The notes beneath the pieces were generated by a model. The model searched no databases. It saw nothing but the letters and a program-made list of their open reading frames with translations, and was not told where the DNA came from. From an uncultured Eubacteriales bacterium (GTDB lineage Bacteria; Bacillota; Clostridia; Lachnospirales; CAZQDT01): a DNA stretch of 64,000 nt. The stretch lies in assembly GCA_964638835.1 (NCBI GenBank), contig CAZWZB010000004.1, positions 65,407 to 129,406 of the forward strand, given 5' to 3'. Positions 10,586 through 20,876 of the stretch are shown piece after piece. Numbering within the stretch: position 1 is the stretch's first letter; every line of letters starts with the position of its first letter. A program made the position numbers and the translations under genes.

Positions 10586-10625
10586 AATGTTGGTTCGCAC
10601 TTAAAATTAAGTGCGAACCAACATT
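10586..10625. repeat. family-A palindrome copy 4
   Basis: AATGTTGGTTCGCACTTAA-AA-TTAAGTGCGAACCAACATT; core identical to copy 1. Confidence 0.95.
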
Positions 10626-10820
10626 AAAAAAATTCTTGGATTTATTACTAGATTTATTTAATTAGTGATGATAAAATTAAAATTGAAAAAATGAGAATAG
10701 CAGAATATAATTTAATTATAATCAAAGTAATGTATATTTTATTATAATTTATGGAAATGTAAATATAAAACTAATATATTTTTCATCTCTATTCAAGTAC
10801 AGTGTAGGAAGGATATTTAA

Positions 10821-12302
10821 ATGAAATTATTAAAATTAGAAAGTAATAACATAAATAATGTTATGGAAATGCTTATTGATAAAGGTATAAATTTACCCTT
10901 TGTATGTGGTGGAAAAGGAACTTGTGGTAAATGTAAAATACAAGTTATAAATGGTGAATTACCTATAACTGAGTATGATAAAAAGTTTTTTTCATCACAA
11001 GAATTAGAAACAGGATTTAGATTAGCATGTAAGGCATATCCAAAAGGAACTATAGAAATAAAATTATTAACTGAAGAAAGTATGAATATAGTATCTGAAT
11101 ATGAAAGAATTAATTTAAATACAGAATTTAAAGAAAATAAATTTGGAATAATAATAGATATAGGAACTACTACAATAGCATTTGAATTAGTAAATACAAA
11201 TGGTGATATTATTAATAGTTATACATCAATAAATAGTCAAAGAATATTTGGAGCAGATGTAATATCAAGAATACAAAACTCTATAAATGGAAAAGGCCAA
11301 CAATTAAAAGAACTTATTCAAAAAGATATTATAAAAGGAATAAAAAATATTTGTGCCAATCTTAAAATAGATAAAATAATTATATCTGCTAATACTACAA
11401 TGATACATTTATTAATGGGATTTAATTGTGAAGGATTGGGGGTTTTTCCTTTCACTCCAGTAACTTTAAATAAAATAGAATCAACTTTTAATGAAATTTT
11501 TGAAAGTAACCTTTTAAATTCACCAGTAACTATTTTACCAAGTATATCAACTTATGTAGGTGGAGATATTTTATCTGGTATTCTTATGTGTGATTTGGAT
11601 AAAAAAGAAAATATATCAATGCTTATAGATATAGGTACAAATGGAGAAATTGTTATAGGAAATAAACACAATATATTATGTGCATCAACAGCAGTAGGAC
11701 CAGCATTAGAAGGTGGTAATATTTCATGTGGTATAGCAAGTGTTGAAGGAGCTATATCTAATATAAGTATTATAGAAGATAATATTAAATTTAAAACTAT
11801 TAATAATAAAAAACCTATTGGTATATGCGGTTCTGGTGTTATAGATATAATAGCAGAACTTTTAAAAAATAATTATATAAATAAAACAGGTTTGCTTATA
11901 GATAAATATTTTGAAGATGGTATAGTAATTGAAGATAATATAATTTTTACACAAAAAGATATAAGAGAAGTACAAATGGCAAAGGCAGCAATCTGTTCAG
12001 GCATTGAAATATTAATACAACAATATGGTTGTAAGATTAAAGATATAGAAACAATATATATCTCAGGTGGCTTTGGTTATCACATTAATATAAACAATGC
12101 TTTATTAATAGGACTTATACCAAAAGAATTTGAATCTAAAATTAAAGTAATAGGAAATAGTTCTTTAGGTGGAGCAGAAAAATATTTACTAGATAAAGAA
12201 AGTGATAAACAAATTGAAAAAATATTAGAAATAACAAAAGAAATTCAACTTGCTAATGATATTAATTTTAATGATTTATATTTAAAAAATATGTATTTTT
12301 AA
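10821..12302 (+). CDS. 2Fe-2S/ASKHA ATPase protein (DUF4445, RACo-like reductive activator of corrinoid proteins)
   Basis: CGGKGTCGKC...RLAC 2Fe-2S; DIGTTT, FGADVISRI, DIGTNGEI, GICGSG, GNSSLGGA. Confidence 0.88.
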   Translation: MKLLKLESNNINNVMEMLIDKGINLPFVCGGKGTCGKCKIQVINGELPITEYDKKFFSSQELETGFRLACKAYPKGTIEIKLLTEESMNIVSEYERINLNTEFKENKFGIIIDIGTTTIAFELVNTNGDIINSYTSINSQRIFGADVISRIQNSINGKGQQLKELIQKDIIKGIKNICANLKIDKIIISANTTMIHLLMGFNCEGLGVFPFTPVTLNKIESTFNEIFESNLLNSPVTILPSISTYVGGDILSGILMCDLDKKENISMLIDIGTNGEIVIGNKHNILCASTAVGPALEGGNISCGIASVEGAISNISIIEDNIKFKTINNKKPIGICGSGVIDIIAELLKNNYINKTGLLIDKYFEDGIVIEDNIIFTQKDIREVQMAKAAICSGIEILIQQYGCKIKDIETIYISGGFGYHININNALLIGLIPKEFESKIKVIGNSSLGGAEKYLLDKESDKQIEKILEITKEIQLANDINFNDLYLKNMYF

Positions 12303-12317
12303 TTTGGGAATATAAAA

Positions 12318-13067
12318 ATGAACAATAATAACTGGTATATAATTCCCAATTTTTTATTCAATTATAAAGAACATTTAAAAGTATTTGAACTGTTTCTTAA
12401 TAATAAATATAAAATTTTAATAAAAAAAGATATCGTTGATTTTAATAAATTAGATATCAATATTCAAGAAGAAATAATAGAAGAGAATTTCTATCTTTAT
12501 ATAAATAAGATTTTATATTTTGAATCAAAAAAAGTTGAACAAGAGATAGAAATATCTATACGAAATAACCTTTTTAAAAAATATGGTAATAAAAATAATC
12601 TTGATATTGATAATCAAAAAGATATCTTATTAGAAAAATTTTTTTATAATTTTTCTAATATAGATAAAGACACTTTATATAACATAAAACTGATTATAAC
12701 TGAAAAATTAAATACTTCTAATTTTAAATCAAACATATTTAAAAATATACAGGATATTTCTTTTAAAACAATTTTTTATCATATGGAAAATAAAAATGCT
12801 AAGTTTGCTTGGTATGAAATTAAAAATAAAGAAGAATTAATAAAAGAATTTAATATTGATTACAATATAATTTTAACTAAAGATTTAACAAACTTTTATA
12901 ATTTTGATTATTATTTTAACTTTATAGAAGAAGAACAATTTATTCTTGCTATTAATGATAATAAAGGAGATTTTAAAAATTTATATGTCCCATTAATAAA
13001 AGAAATTTTTAACTGTAAATATGATATATTTTTATTTAAAAATTCACATAAACTAGAAAACTTATAA
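12318..13067 (+). CDS. hypothetical protein (249 aa, very AT-rich)
   Basis: Long ORF directly after the ASKHA gene; no motif recognised. Confidence 0.6.
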   Translation: MNNNNWYIIPNFLFNYKEHLKVFELFLNNKYKILIKKDIVDFNKLDINIQEEIIEENFYLYINKILYFESKKVEQEIEISIRNNLFKKYGNKNNLDIDNQKDILLEKFFYNFSNIDKDTLYNIKLIITEKLNTSNFKSNIFKNIQDISFKTIFYHMENKNAKFAWYEIKNKEELIKEFNIDYNIILTKDLTNFYNFDYYFNFIEEEQFILAINDNKGDFKNLYVPLIKEIFNCKYDIFLFKNSHKLENL

Positions 13068-13159
13068 ACTATAAGAAGTTTATAAGTTTTTTATTAATAA
13101 AATACTTGACTTATAAGTTTAAACTTTATATTATATTAGTATTTTAAGGAGGAGAAACT

Positions 13160-14824
13160 ATGGATATAATTTCAGAAGAAAGTAATTTTATGCAAAGAAT
13201 AGTAGAAGAAGATTTAAACGATAAAACATATAGTAGAGAAATATGTACTAGATTTCCACCAGAACCGAATGGTTATCTTCATATTGGTAGTGCTTATGCT
13301 ATAAATATAAGCTACACTATAGCAAAAAAATATAATGGTGAATTTAACCTTCGTTTAGATGATACAAATCCATTAAAAGAAGATTATGAATATGTAAAAG
13401 CTATTATAGAAGATATGAAATGGATAGGTTTTGACCCAAAAGATAGAATATATTATGGTTCAGACTATTACGAAAAAATTTATGAATATGCTGTTATGCT
13501 TATTAAAAAGAATAAAGCTTATGTATGTGATTTAACTGCTGAACAAACTAAAGAATATAGAGGAACTTTAACTGAACCAGGTAAAGAAAGCCCCTACAGA
13601 AATAGAAGTGTAGAAGAAAATTTAGATTTATTTGCTAGAATGCGAAATGGTGAATTTGAATCAGGTGAAAAAGTTTTAAGAGCTAAAATAGATATGTCAT
13701 CTCCTAATATGAATATGAGAGACCCTGTAATATATAGAATACAAAAAGTAAATCATTATAGAACAAATGATGCATGGTGTATATATCCTATGTATGATTA
13801 TGCTCATCCTATTCAAGATTATATAGAAGGAATTACACATTCATTATGTTCTATTGAATTTAAAGACCATAGACCTTTATATGAATGGGTACTTAATGAA
13901 ATAGAAGCAATTCAACCTCCAAAGCAAAGAGAATTCGGACGAATGAACATAAGCGGAGCAATAACAAGTAAACGTTATTTAAGAGAATTGGTATTTGGTA
14001 ATTATGTAGATGGATGGGACGACCCAAGACTTCCTACACTTAAAGGATTAAGAAGACGTGGTTTCACACCAGAAAGTATAAGAATATTTTTAGGTGAAAT
14101 AGGAGTATCAAAAAGCGAAAGCACAATAGATATTGCTATGCTTGAACATTTTTTAAGAGATGATTTAAAAACAAAAGTTAATTGTTATATGGCTGTACTT
14201 AATCCATTAAAAGTAGTTATAACAAATTATCCTGAAAATATAACTGAATTATTAGAAATAGAAAATAACGCTGAAAATGAAACTATGGGAAGTAGACAAG
14301 TTGCATTTTCAAAAGAAATTTATATAGAGCAAGAAGATTTTATGGAAGTACCTGAAAAAGGATTTCGCCGTTTAACAATTGGTGGTGAAGTAAGATTAAA
14401 AGGTGCTTATTATATAAAATGTGAAGAAGTAATAAAAAATGACTCTGGTGAGATATTAGAATTACATTGTACTTATGACCCTGAAACAAAAAGTGGATTA
14501 GGTTTTACTGGTCGTAAAGTAAAAGGTACTATTCATTGGGTTAATGCAAGTACTGCTGTTGAAGCGGAAATAAACCTTTATGAAAAACTTTTAGAAAATG
14601 AAGAATTACTTAAAGATGATGATAAAACATGGAAAGAAAAAATAAATCCTAATTCAAAGGTAACATTAAATTCTTTAGTTGAACCTTCATTAAAAAATAC
14701 ACCAAAAGAAAGTAGATATCAATTTATAAGGAATGGATATTTTGTAGTAGACCCAAAATCTACAGATAATAAACTTGTATTTAATAGAATAGTTTCATTA
14801 AAAGATAGTAAAAAGAAAAAATAA
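13160..14824 (+). CDS. glnS: glutamine--tRNA ligase (atypical HIGS motif)
   Basis: [48 protein letters not shown]; AAGGAGG RBS. Confidence 0.9.
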   Translation: MDIISEESNFMQRIVEEDLNDKTYSREICTRFPPEPNGYLHIGSAYAINISYTIAKKYNGEFNLRLDDTNPLKEDYEYVKAIIEDMKWIGFDPKDRIYYGSDYYEKIYEYAVMLIKKNKAYVCDLTAEQTKEYRGTLTEPGKESPYRNRSVEENLDLFARMRNGEFESGEKVLRAKIDMSSPNMNMRDPVIYRIQKVNHYRTNDAWCIYPMYDYAHPIQDYIEGITHSLCSIEFKDHRPLYEWVLNEIEAIQPPKQREFGRMNISGAITSKRYLRELVFGNYVDGWDDPRLPTLKGLRRRGFTPESIRIFLGEIGVSKSESTIDIAMLEHFLRDDLKTKVNCYMAVLNPLKVVITNYPENITELLEIENNAENETMGSRQVAFSKEIYIEQEDFMEVPEKGFRRLTIGGEVRLKGAYYIKCEEVIKNDSGEILELHCTYDPETKSGLGFTGRKVKGTIHWVNASTAVEAEINLYEKLLENEELLKDDDKTWKEKINPNSKVTLNSLVEPSLKNTPKESRYQFIRNGYFVVDPKSTDNKLVFNRIVSLKDSKKKK

Positions 14825-14825
14825 T

Positions 14826-14854
14826 AAAAACCACCAGATAAACTGGTGGTTTTT
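14826..14854. terminator. bidirectional rho-independent terminator
   Basis: aaaaaccaccag-ataaa-ctggtggttttt between convergent genes. Confidence 0.85.
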
Positions 14855-14865
14855 ATTTAGAAATA

Positions 14866-15408
14866 TTATCTTTTTATTTTATTAGTATCACAAATTTCTT
14901 TTTCTTGTTTATCATCTTTATAATAAGATTTGTGAGTATAGCAACAAGCTTCTTTTTCAAATTCACATGTAACCACTACAATTCTATATTCTCCATGGCT
15001 ATCAGCAGGCAATTTAAATTTATAAAATCCATTATTATCTGTATGAGTATAACCAACAGGTTTTAATTCACATTTATGCTTATCTACATACTTAAGAAGT
15101 ATAACTTTAGCTTCTTTAACGGGTCTATTGCAAGAATCCTTTACATTACCCCATATAAAAATATCTTGTTTATTTTCAGTAATAATATCAACTTTAACTT
15201 CGCAATCGCATTTATCAATATATATATCTTTGCCTTCACAATTTTTGTACTCGTCGTCTTTTTTATCACAATGTTCATCTTTTTCTTTAAAGTTATCTTT
15301 TTTATTATAATAACTATCTTCTTTATCATAATAATTATCTTCTTTATCATAGTAATTATCTTTTTTATTATAATAATTATCATTCTTATATTCATTATAT
15401 TTACTCAT
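14866..15408 (-). CDS. Tyr/Lys/Asp/Cys-rich protein, probable spore coat/exosporium protein
   Basis: 7-aa (K)xDNYY repeats, Cys-rich, carboxypeptidase-regulatory-like GNVKD..PVKEAKV..TDNNGFYKF segment; GGAGGTG RBS; SigK-like promoter. Confidence 0.65.
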   Translation of the reverse strand: MSKYNEYKNDNYYNKKDNYYDKEDNYYDKEDSYYNKKDNFKEKDEHCDKKDDEYKNCEGKDIYIDKCDCEVKVDIITENKQDIFIWGNVKDSCNRPVKEAKVILLKYVDKHKCELKPVGYTHTDNNGFYKFKLPADSHGEYRIVVVTCEFEKEACCYTHKSYYKDDKQEKEICDTNKIKR

Positions 15409-15429
15409 CTTTACACCTCCTTTCATTAA

Positions 15430-15458
15430 TATATTATGTTATATAGTCTGTTTTTGTT
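15430..15458 (-). promoter_or_regulatory. SigK-type sporulation promoter
   Basis: Minus strand AACA-N16-CATAATATA matches the mACm-N16-CATAnnnTA consensus. Confidence 0.55.
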
Positions 15459-15614
15459 ACTTTATATAATTAAAATTTATTTAAATTATAAAAAAATTAT
15501 ATGATAACTTAATTTACTTTTTAATCTAACTTTAATATATATTAAATAATTACTTAATATTTAATATATATAATGTAGAAATATAAAATTTAATCAATAT
15601 AGAGGCATTAGTTA

Positions 15615-16134
15615 ATGAAATATGCTTTAATTTCAGATATTCACAGTAATATGCCAGCCCTTTCGGCTGTTTTAGAAGATGCTAAACAAATGGGAGTTGA
15701 TAAATATGTTTTTTAGGTGATTACTATATGAGTTTACCTTTTGCAAATGAAGTTATATCTAGGGAATTTATTAAAGATTTAGAACATAAAGAATTTTCAA
15801 GTGTTAAACTAGCATTCAAAAGCAGCATATACAATATTAGAAATTTTAAATAATTCTTGGAATGTTTATAAAAGACGTGTTAATTATGATGTTGAATTAT
15901 TAATAAATAATATACATAATTCAAATTTATATTAATGAAGGAAAAATATGGAGTGATATTATAATATCTGAATTAGAAACTGGTAAAGAATATATATATT
16001 TCTTCTTAAAATTTGTTAATGACTATGCAAATAAAACTGAAGATAAAACTCGCCCTTATTCTCATAAAACATGGGCAGATGCTTATAATGCATGGATTAA
16101 CTTAGATAATAAATTTGAAACTACTTTAGAATAA
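15615..16134 (+). pseudogene. metallophosphoesterase pseudogene
   Basis: MKYALISDIHSNMPAL..., frameshift in a T run before (L)GDY, central motifs missing, then C-terminal AAYTILE..W..RRVNYD with further disruption. Confidence 0.8.
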
Positions 16135-16188
16135 AAAATAATAAGAATGTTTATTAAACATAAATAAACATTCTTATAGATTATTTAA

Positions 16189-17007
16189 CTATAAAATTCC
16201 TGCCATTTTTATTACTTCAATATCTAAGCTTTCTAATTTTTTTATAAATATATTTAAACCTACAGAGTCACTTGGCATATGTCCAGCAACAATAACATTA
16301 CCTATATTTTGTTTTTCTACTTCTGTTATAACATCATCAGGCATATGCATACATACTACAGTTCCAACACCTGCTTCAAAATATGCTTTATATACATCAG
16401 CTCCGCCACTTGTTCCACCTGCCATAAGAACAGCAATTTTACCTGCATAATCTTCTTCACTTCCTACACGAATTACAGGCTTACATATAGAATTACTATA
16501 TTCAGGTATTTTATTTAAACTTTCTAATACATCTTTTAATTTAGCTTTAGAATTAGATAATAATTCTTGGTTTAAATGTTGTTGAATAAACTGCTCTCCT
16601 ATCATATCAGCAGGAGTATGAACATTCATAAAAGGCATATTAAGTATTCTAGCAAATGATGATACTTTTTCATAATTAGATACATGATAAAGTCTTTCAA
16701 CAGTAGTCATTCTTTTCTTTAAAGCTTTTTGAGCTTTATTTATAGGAACTCCAAAAGAAACCATTTTGTCTATTTGATTTTCCATAACTTTATGAAAATC
16801 TATTTGAGCAGTACCACTCTTAGGATGATGACTTATAACTAAATCTACACCCATATTTTTAGCTAATAATAATTCAGATGTTTCCATATCTACACCTATC
16901 ATAATTTTTTTAATATTATCTCCTTGAACTTCTATGGTTGAATCAATAGGTGTTTCAGTTAAATTAGATAATTGTAATGCTACTTCCATTATTTGTTGTG
17001 TGTTCAT
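16189..17007 (-). CDS. NIF3-like dinuclear metal-centre protein
   Basis: IMIGVD, LVISHHP, NVHTPAD, AGHMPSDSVG. Confidence 0.75.
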   Translation of the reverse strand: MNTQQIMEVALQLSNLTETPIDSTIEVQGDNIKKIMIGVDMETSELLLAKNMGVDLVISHHPKSGTAQIDFHKVMENQIDKMVSFGVPINKAQKALKKRMTTVERLYHVSNYEKVSSFARILNMPFMNVHTPADMIGEQFIQQHLNQELLSNSKAKLKDVLESLNKIPEYSNSICKPVIRVGSEEDYAGKIAVLMAGGTSGGADVYKAYFEAGVGTVVCMHMPDDVITEVEKQNIGNVIVAGHMPSDSVGLNIFIKKLESLDIEVIKMAGIL

Positions 17008-17193
17008 TATTATTCCTCTTGTCTTATTGAATTTTTTATTTATAATTGTAACACTATTTTATAAATGGTCAATAGATATTTTTATATTATTTTATATAAG
17101 TAAACATTGTAATTAATGTAATTTAAATAAAAAATAAACCATTAAATTTTTATTTTAATGGTTTATTTTCATTATAGAAAATTTTATAAATCT

Positions 17194-17436
17194 TTAATTA
17201 GTTGTAATATAACATGAACCATCTTGTAAACCTAAACCACCAATTCCTTGTAGTTTACCTGTACCACCGGCTCCTCTTCCTGTTCCTGGTCGTGTACCTG
17301 TTGTAATATATGTACCATCTTGTCTACGGATAGCAGTATTTGCTCCTCTACCTTGAGCAGCCATTACTGTTACTGTTGTAGCTCCCATTGCTATTATTAC
17401 TGTTCCTACTGTCATTAATTTTTTTAATTTTATCAT
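17194..17436 (-). CDS. small secreted Gly-rich hypothetical protein
   Basis: GGAGG RBS, signal-peptide-like N-terminus, RQDGT / QDGSC repeats. Confidence 0.65.
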   Translation of the reverse strand: MIKLKKLMTVGTVIIAMGATTVTVMAAQGRGANTAIRRQDGTYITTGTRPGTGRGAGGTGKLQGIGGLGLQDGSCYITTN

Positions 17437-17661
17437 TTTAATAACCTCCTAAATTTTATTTTGAATTATTTAATTTATATTTATATATTACATCTTAGTT
17501 GTGTCAAAATTATGTTTTAAATTTTCTATTTTCATGTTAATTTATTTTTTTATATAACTTTAATATCTTTTAAATAGTTATAGTATTAGTATCATATTTT
17601 ACAAATAAGATTTAGAATTTCAAGAAAGCTAATTATATTAATAATATAATTAGCTTTTATT

Positions 17662-17830
17662 TTAATCCATTTTAGGTTGTATAGTTAACTCATATCCAAT
17701 AGCATTAATATACTTTATAACATTTCTTAAATTTGGACTTATATCTGTGTTTTTTTCTAGTTTCAGAAAGTAATTTTCTAAATTCATATTCTTTTAATTC
17801 TTCTTGTTTGTCAACTTCTATAAATGGCAA
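17662..17830 (-). pseudogene. XRE-family HTH regulator/antitoxin remnant with the HTH core deleted
   Basis: GAAAGGA RBS + TTG: MPFIEVDKQEELKEYEFRKLLSETRKK; a shifted frame gives DISPNLRNVIKYINAIGYELTIQPK. Confidence 0.55.
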
Positions 17831-17970
17831 TATAAATCAATCCTTTCATTTATATAAAATAATATTATCATATATCATAAAAAACGTAATATCAACTTTA
17901 AAATCTAATATTAAATAAAAAAATAATAAGAATAATATAATATTGTTCTTATTATTTTTAATTATTCGGT

Positions 17971-19500
17971 TTATCCCCAATATTTTCTATCTAAATTTCT
18001 ATATTGAATTGCTTCTGCAACATGTTGAACTTTTATGTTTTCTGAATTATCTAAATCTGCTATTGTGCGTGATACTTTTAATATTCTATGGTAAGCTCTA
18101 GCACTTAAATTTAATTTGTCAAATGCTGCTTTTAAAATAGCTTTTTCTTGTTCTCCTAATATACAATACTTTTCAATTTGAGACACTGACAATTGAGAAT
18201 TAAATATTATGTTTTCGTTTTTGTATCTTTCAATTTGTATTTTCTGAGCATTTATAACACGTTTACAAATGGTTTCAGAAGTTTCATTTGATGTATTTGA
18301 ATTTAATTCAGAATAATGTACAGTTGGTACTTCTATATGTATATCTATTCTATCAAGCAGGGGACCACTTATTTTACCTAAATATTTTTTTATTTCTGTA
18401 CTAGTACAACGACATTTATTTTTATCAGGATAATATCCACAAGGGCAAGGATTTAAAGAAGCAATTAACATAAATTTTGATGGATATGTAACTGTTCCAT
18501 TAACTCTTGATACTGTAACTTCTTTATCTTCTAATGGTTGTCGCATAACTTCTAATACGTTTTTATGAAATTCAGGTAACTCATCTAAAAATAATATTCC
18601 ATTATGAGCTAAACTTATTTCACCAGGTTTTGGTACACGACCTCCTCCTGTTAGGGCTGAACTTGATATTGTATGATGTGGTGACCTAAATGGTCTATTT
18701 GTAATTAAAGTTCCTTTATTTTTTAATAAACCAGATACACTATAAATTTTAGTTATATCAATACTTTCATCAAATGATAAAGGAGGTAATATCGAAGGTA
18801 ATCTTTTCGCCATCATAGTTTTACCTGAACCAGGTGCTCCAATCATTAATACATTGTGGAAACCCGAAGCGGATATTTCTAAAGCCCTTTTCACATTGCT
18901 TTGTCCTTTAACATCTATAAAATCTAAAGTTGTATTTAAATCATTACAAAATAAACTTTGTATATCTATTGTAGTTGGTTGTAATATTTTTGTTTCTGCA
19001 AGATGTTCAACAACTTCTGAAAGTGACTTTACTCCATAAACTTCCATTCCATTTACTATAGCACCTTCTTCAGCATTTAAAAATGGTATTATACATTTTT
19101 TTATTCCTTTTTTAAATGCACTATAAACCATAGGTAATATACCATTAACTGGATTAATTGAACCATCTAAAGAAAGTTCACCTATTATAATAGTACTTTT
19201 AAGTTTTTCTTCTTTTATTATACCCATACATGATAATATAGAAATAGCAATAGGAAGGTCAAAAGAAGGACCTTCTTTTCTTGTATCAGCAGGTGATAAA
19301 TTAACTGTAATTCGCTTAACAGGAAAAATAAAATTTGAATTTTTAATAGCTGTTCTAACTCTTTCTTTTGATTCTTTAACAGATGAATCTGGAAGTCCAA
19401 CTAAATCAAATGATGGAAGTCCATCACTTATATCTACTTCAACATTTATTATATAACCATCTATTCCACACAATGCACTACTTAATACTATTCTTAGCAT
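17971..19500 (-). CDS. comM: YifB/ComM Mg-chelatase-like AAA ATPase
   Basis: VGLPDSSVKESKERV, GAPGSGKT, RPFRSPHH, PGEISLAHNGILFLDE, CPCGY. Confidence 0.93.
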   Translation of the reverse strand: MLRIVLSSALCGIDGYIINVEVDISDGLPSFDLVGLPDSSVKESKERVRTAIKNSNFIFPVKRITVNLSPADTRKEGPSFDLPIAISILSCMGIIKEEKLKSTIIIGELSLDGSINPVNGILPMVYSAFKKGIKKCIIPFLNAEEGAIVNGMEVYGVKSLSEVVEHLAETKILQPTTIDIQSLFCNDLNTTLDFIDVKGQSNVKRALEISASGFHNVLMIGAPGSGKTMMAKRLPSILPPLSFDESIDITKIYSVSGLLKNKGTLITNRPFRSPHHTISSSALTGGGRVPKPGEISLAHNGILFLDELPEFHKNVLEVMRQPLEDKEVTVSRVNGTVTYPSKFMLIASLNPCPCGYYPDKNKCRCTSTEIKKYLGKISGPLLDRIDIHIEVPTVHYSELNSNTSNETSETICKRVINAQKIQIERYKNENIIFNSQLSVSQIEKYCILGEQEKAILKAAFDKLNLSARAYHRILKVSRTIADLDNSENIKVQHVAEAIQYRNLDRKYWG

Positions 19501-19666
19501 TTAAATCCTCCTAAATCAATAATAAATATATTATACTAATTATGTGTAATAATTTCAAATTTTTTAGCAGAAAAATATAAAAAAGATTGAAAAATCTTTC
19601 TAATAAGTATAGAATAATTTAGTAATCTTTTAATTAACAAATTTTTTGAAAATATTAAATAAAGTC

Positions 19667-19694
19667 GTGTCGCACTTTAAATAAAGTGCGACAC
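19667..19694. repeat. family-A palindrome copy 5 (element in reverse orientation)
   Basis: GTGTCGCACTTTA-AA-TAAAGTGCGACAC; the AAATCAAT flank lies on the minus strand. Confidence 0.9.
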
Positions 19695-19763
19695 AAGATT
19701 GATTTGTAATTTTAATTATTTTTTAATGTTAGTAATTATAATATTTAAAATGGAGGTAATTAT

Positions 19764-20861
19764 ATGAATATTGATAACTATTGGATGTGGTTATCTAGTT
19801 TAGATTTATTTAGTAGTAAAAATATAAATATACTTTTAAAATATTTTTCTTCTCCTGAAGAAATTTTCTATGCTAAGTCAAATTTATTATACTCAATAAA
19901 AGAGTTATCAGAAAATTATATAAATAAAATAATAAATACAAGAAATAATTATTATATAGAAAACCAAATTTATTTACTAGAAAAACATAATACTTCATAT
20001 ATTTCTATTAACAACGAATTTTATCCTGAAATTTTGAAAAGTATATATGATTATCCTTATGGAATTTACATTAGAGGTAATTTGACAAAAAATAAATGTA
20101 TATCTATTGTAGGTTCAAGGAAGTGTAGTGAGTATGGAGCTAATGTTACAAAAAATTTAGCTGAGGAATTAGCAAAAAATAATATTACTGTTGTAAGCGG
20201 AATGGCAAAAGGAATTGATTCGTTAGCACATGAAGGAGCTATTAGTTCAAATATAAAAAACTCTACAATAGCAGTTTTAGGTTGTGGGCTTGATATATGT
20301 TATCCAAAATCGAATTATGAGTTAATGAATAAAATAATTGAAAATGGGGCAGTTATATCTGAATATCCAATAGGTACTAATGTGCATAAAGCATTTTTCC
20401 CGCAAAGAAATAGAATTATAAGTGGCTTAAGTGATACTACTATAATAGTTGAAGCAACAAAAAAAAGCGGTTCTTTAATTACTGTAGGTCATGCTTTAGA
20501 ACAAGGTCGAGATGTTTTTGCAGTTCCCGGAAATATCACAAGCCAATTGAGTGAAGGTACAAATTATTTAATAAAACAAGGTGCTTGCTTAATAACAAGT
20601 GTAGATGATATATTAAAAGAATTAGGTTTAAATAAAAATGAATATAATAAAAAAAATGAAGAAAAAATTAATAATAAAGATTTCCTTGCACCAGATGAAA
20701 AATTAGTATATGATTGTATAAGTTTAGAGCCACAAAATATTGATAGTATTTTTAATAAACTTAACTACCCTATAAATAAATTCCAATATCTTATTACAAT
20801 ATTAGAACTTAAGGGTTATATACAACAACTTCCAGGACAAATGTATGTTAAAATTTTATAA
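19764..20861 (+). CDS. dprA: DNA-processing protein DprA
   Basis: IVGSR, VSGMAKGID, FPQRNRIISGLS, SGSLIT, VFAVPG. Confidence 0.95.
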   Translation: MNIDNYWMWLSSLDLFSSKNINILLKYFSSPEEIFYAKSNLLYSIKELSENYINKIINTRNNYYIENQIYLLEKHNTSYISINNEFYPEILKSIYDYPYGIYIRGNLTKNKCISIVGSRKCSEYGANVTKNLAEELAKNNITVVSGMAKGIDSLAHEGAISSNIKNSTIAVLGCGLDICYPKSNYELMNKIIENGAVISEYPIGTNVHKAFFPQRNRIISGLSDTTIIVEATKKSGSLITVGHALEQGRDVFAVPGNITSQLSEGTNYLIKQGACLITSVDDILKELGLNKNEYNKKNEEKINNKDFLAPDEKLVYDCISLEPQNIDSIFNKLNYPINKFQYLITILELKGYIQQLPGQMYVKIL

Positions 20862-20876
20862 ACAGGAGTGGTAATT

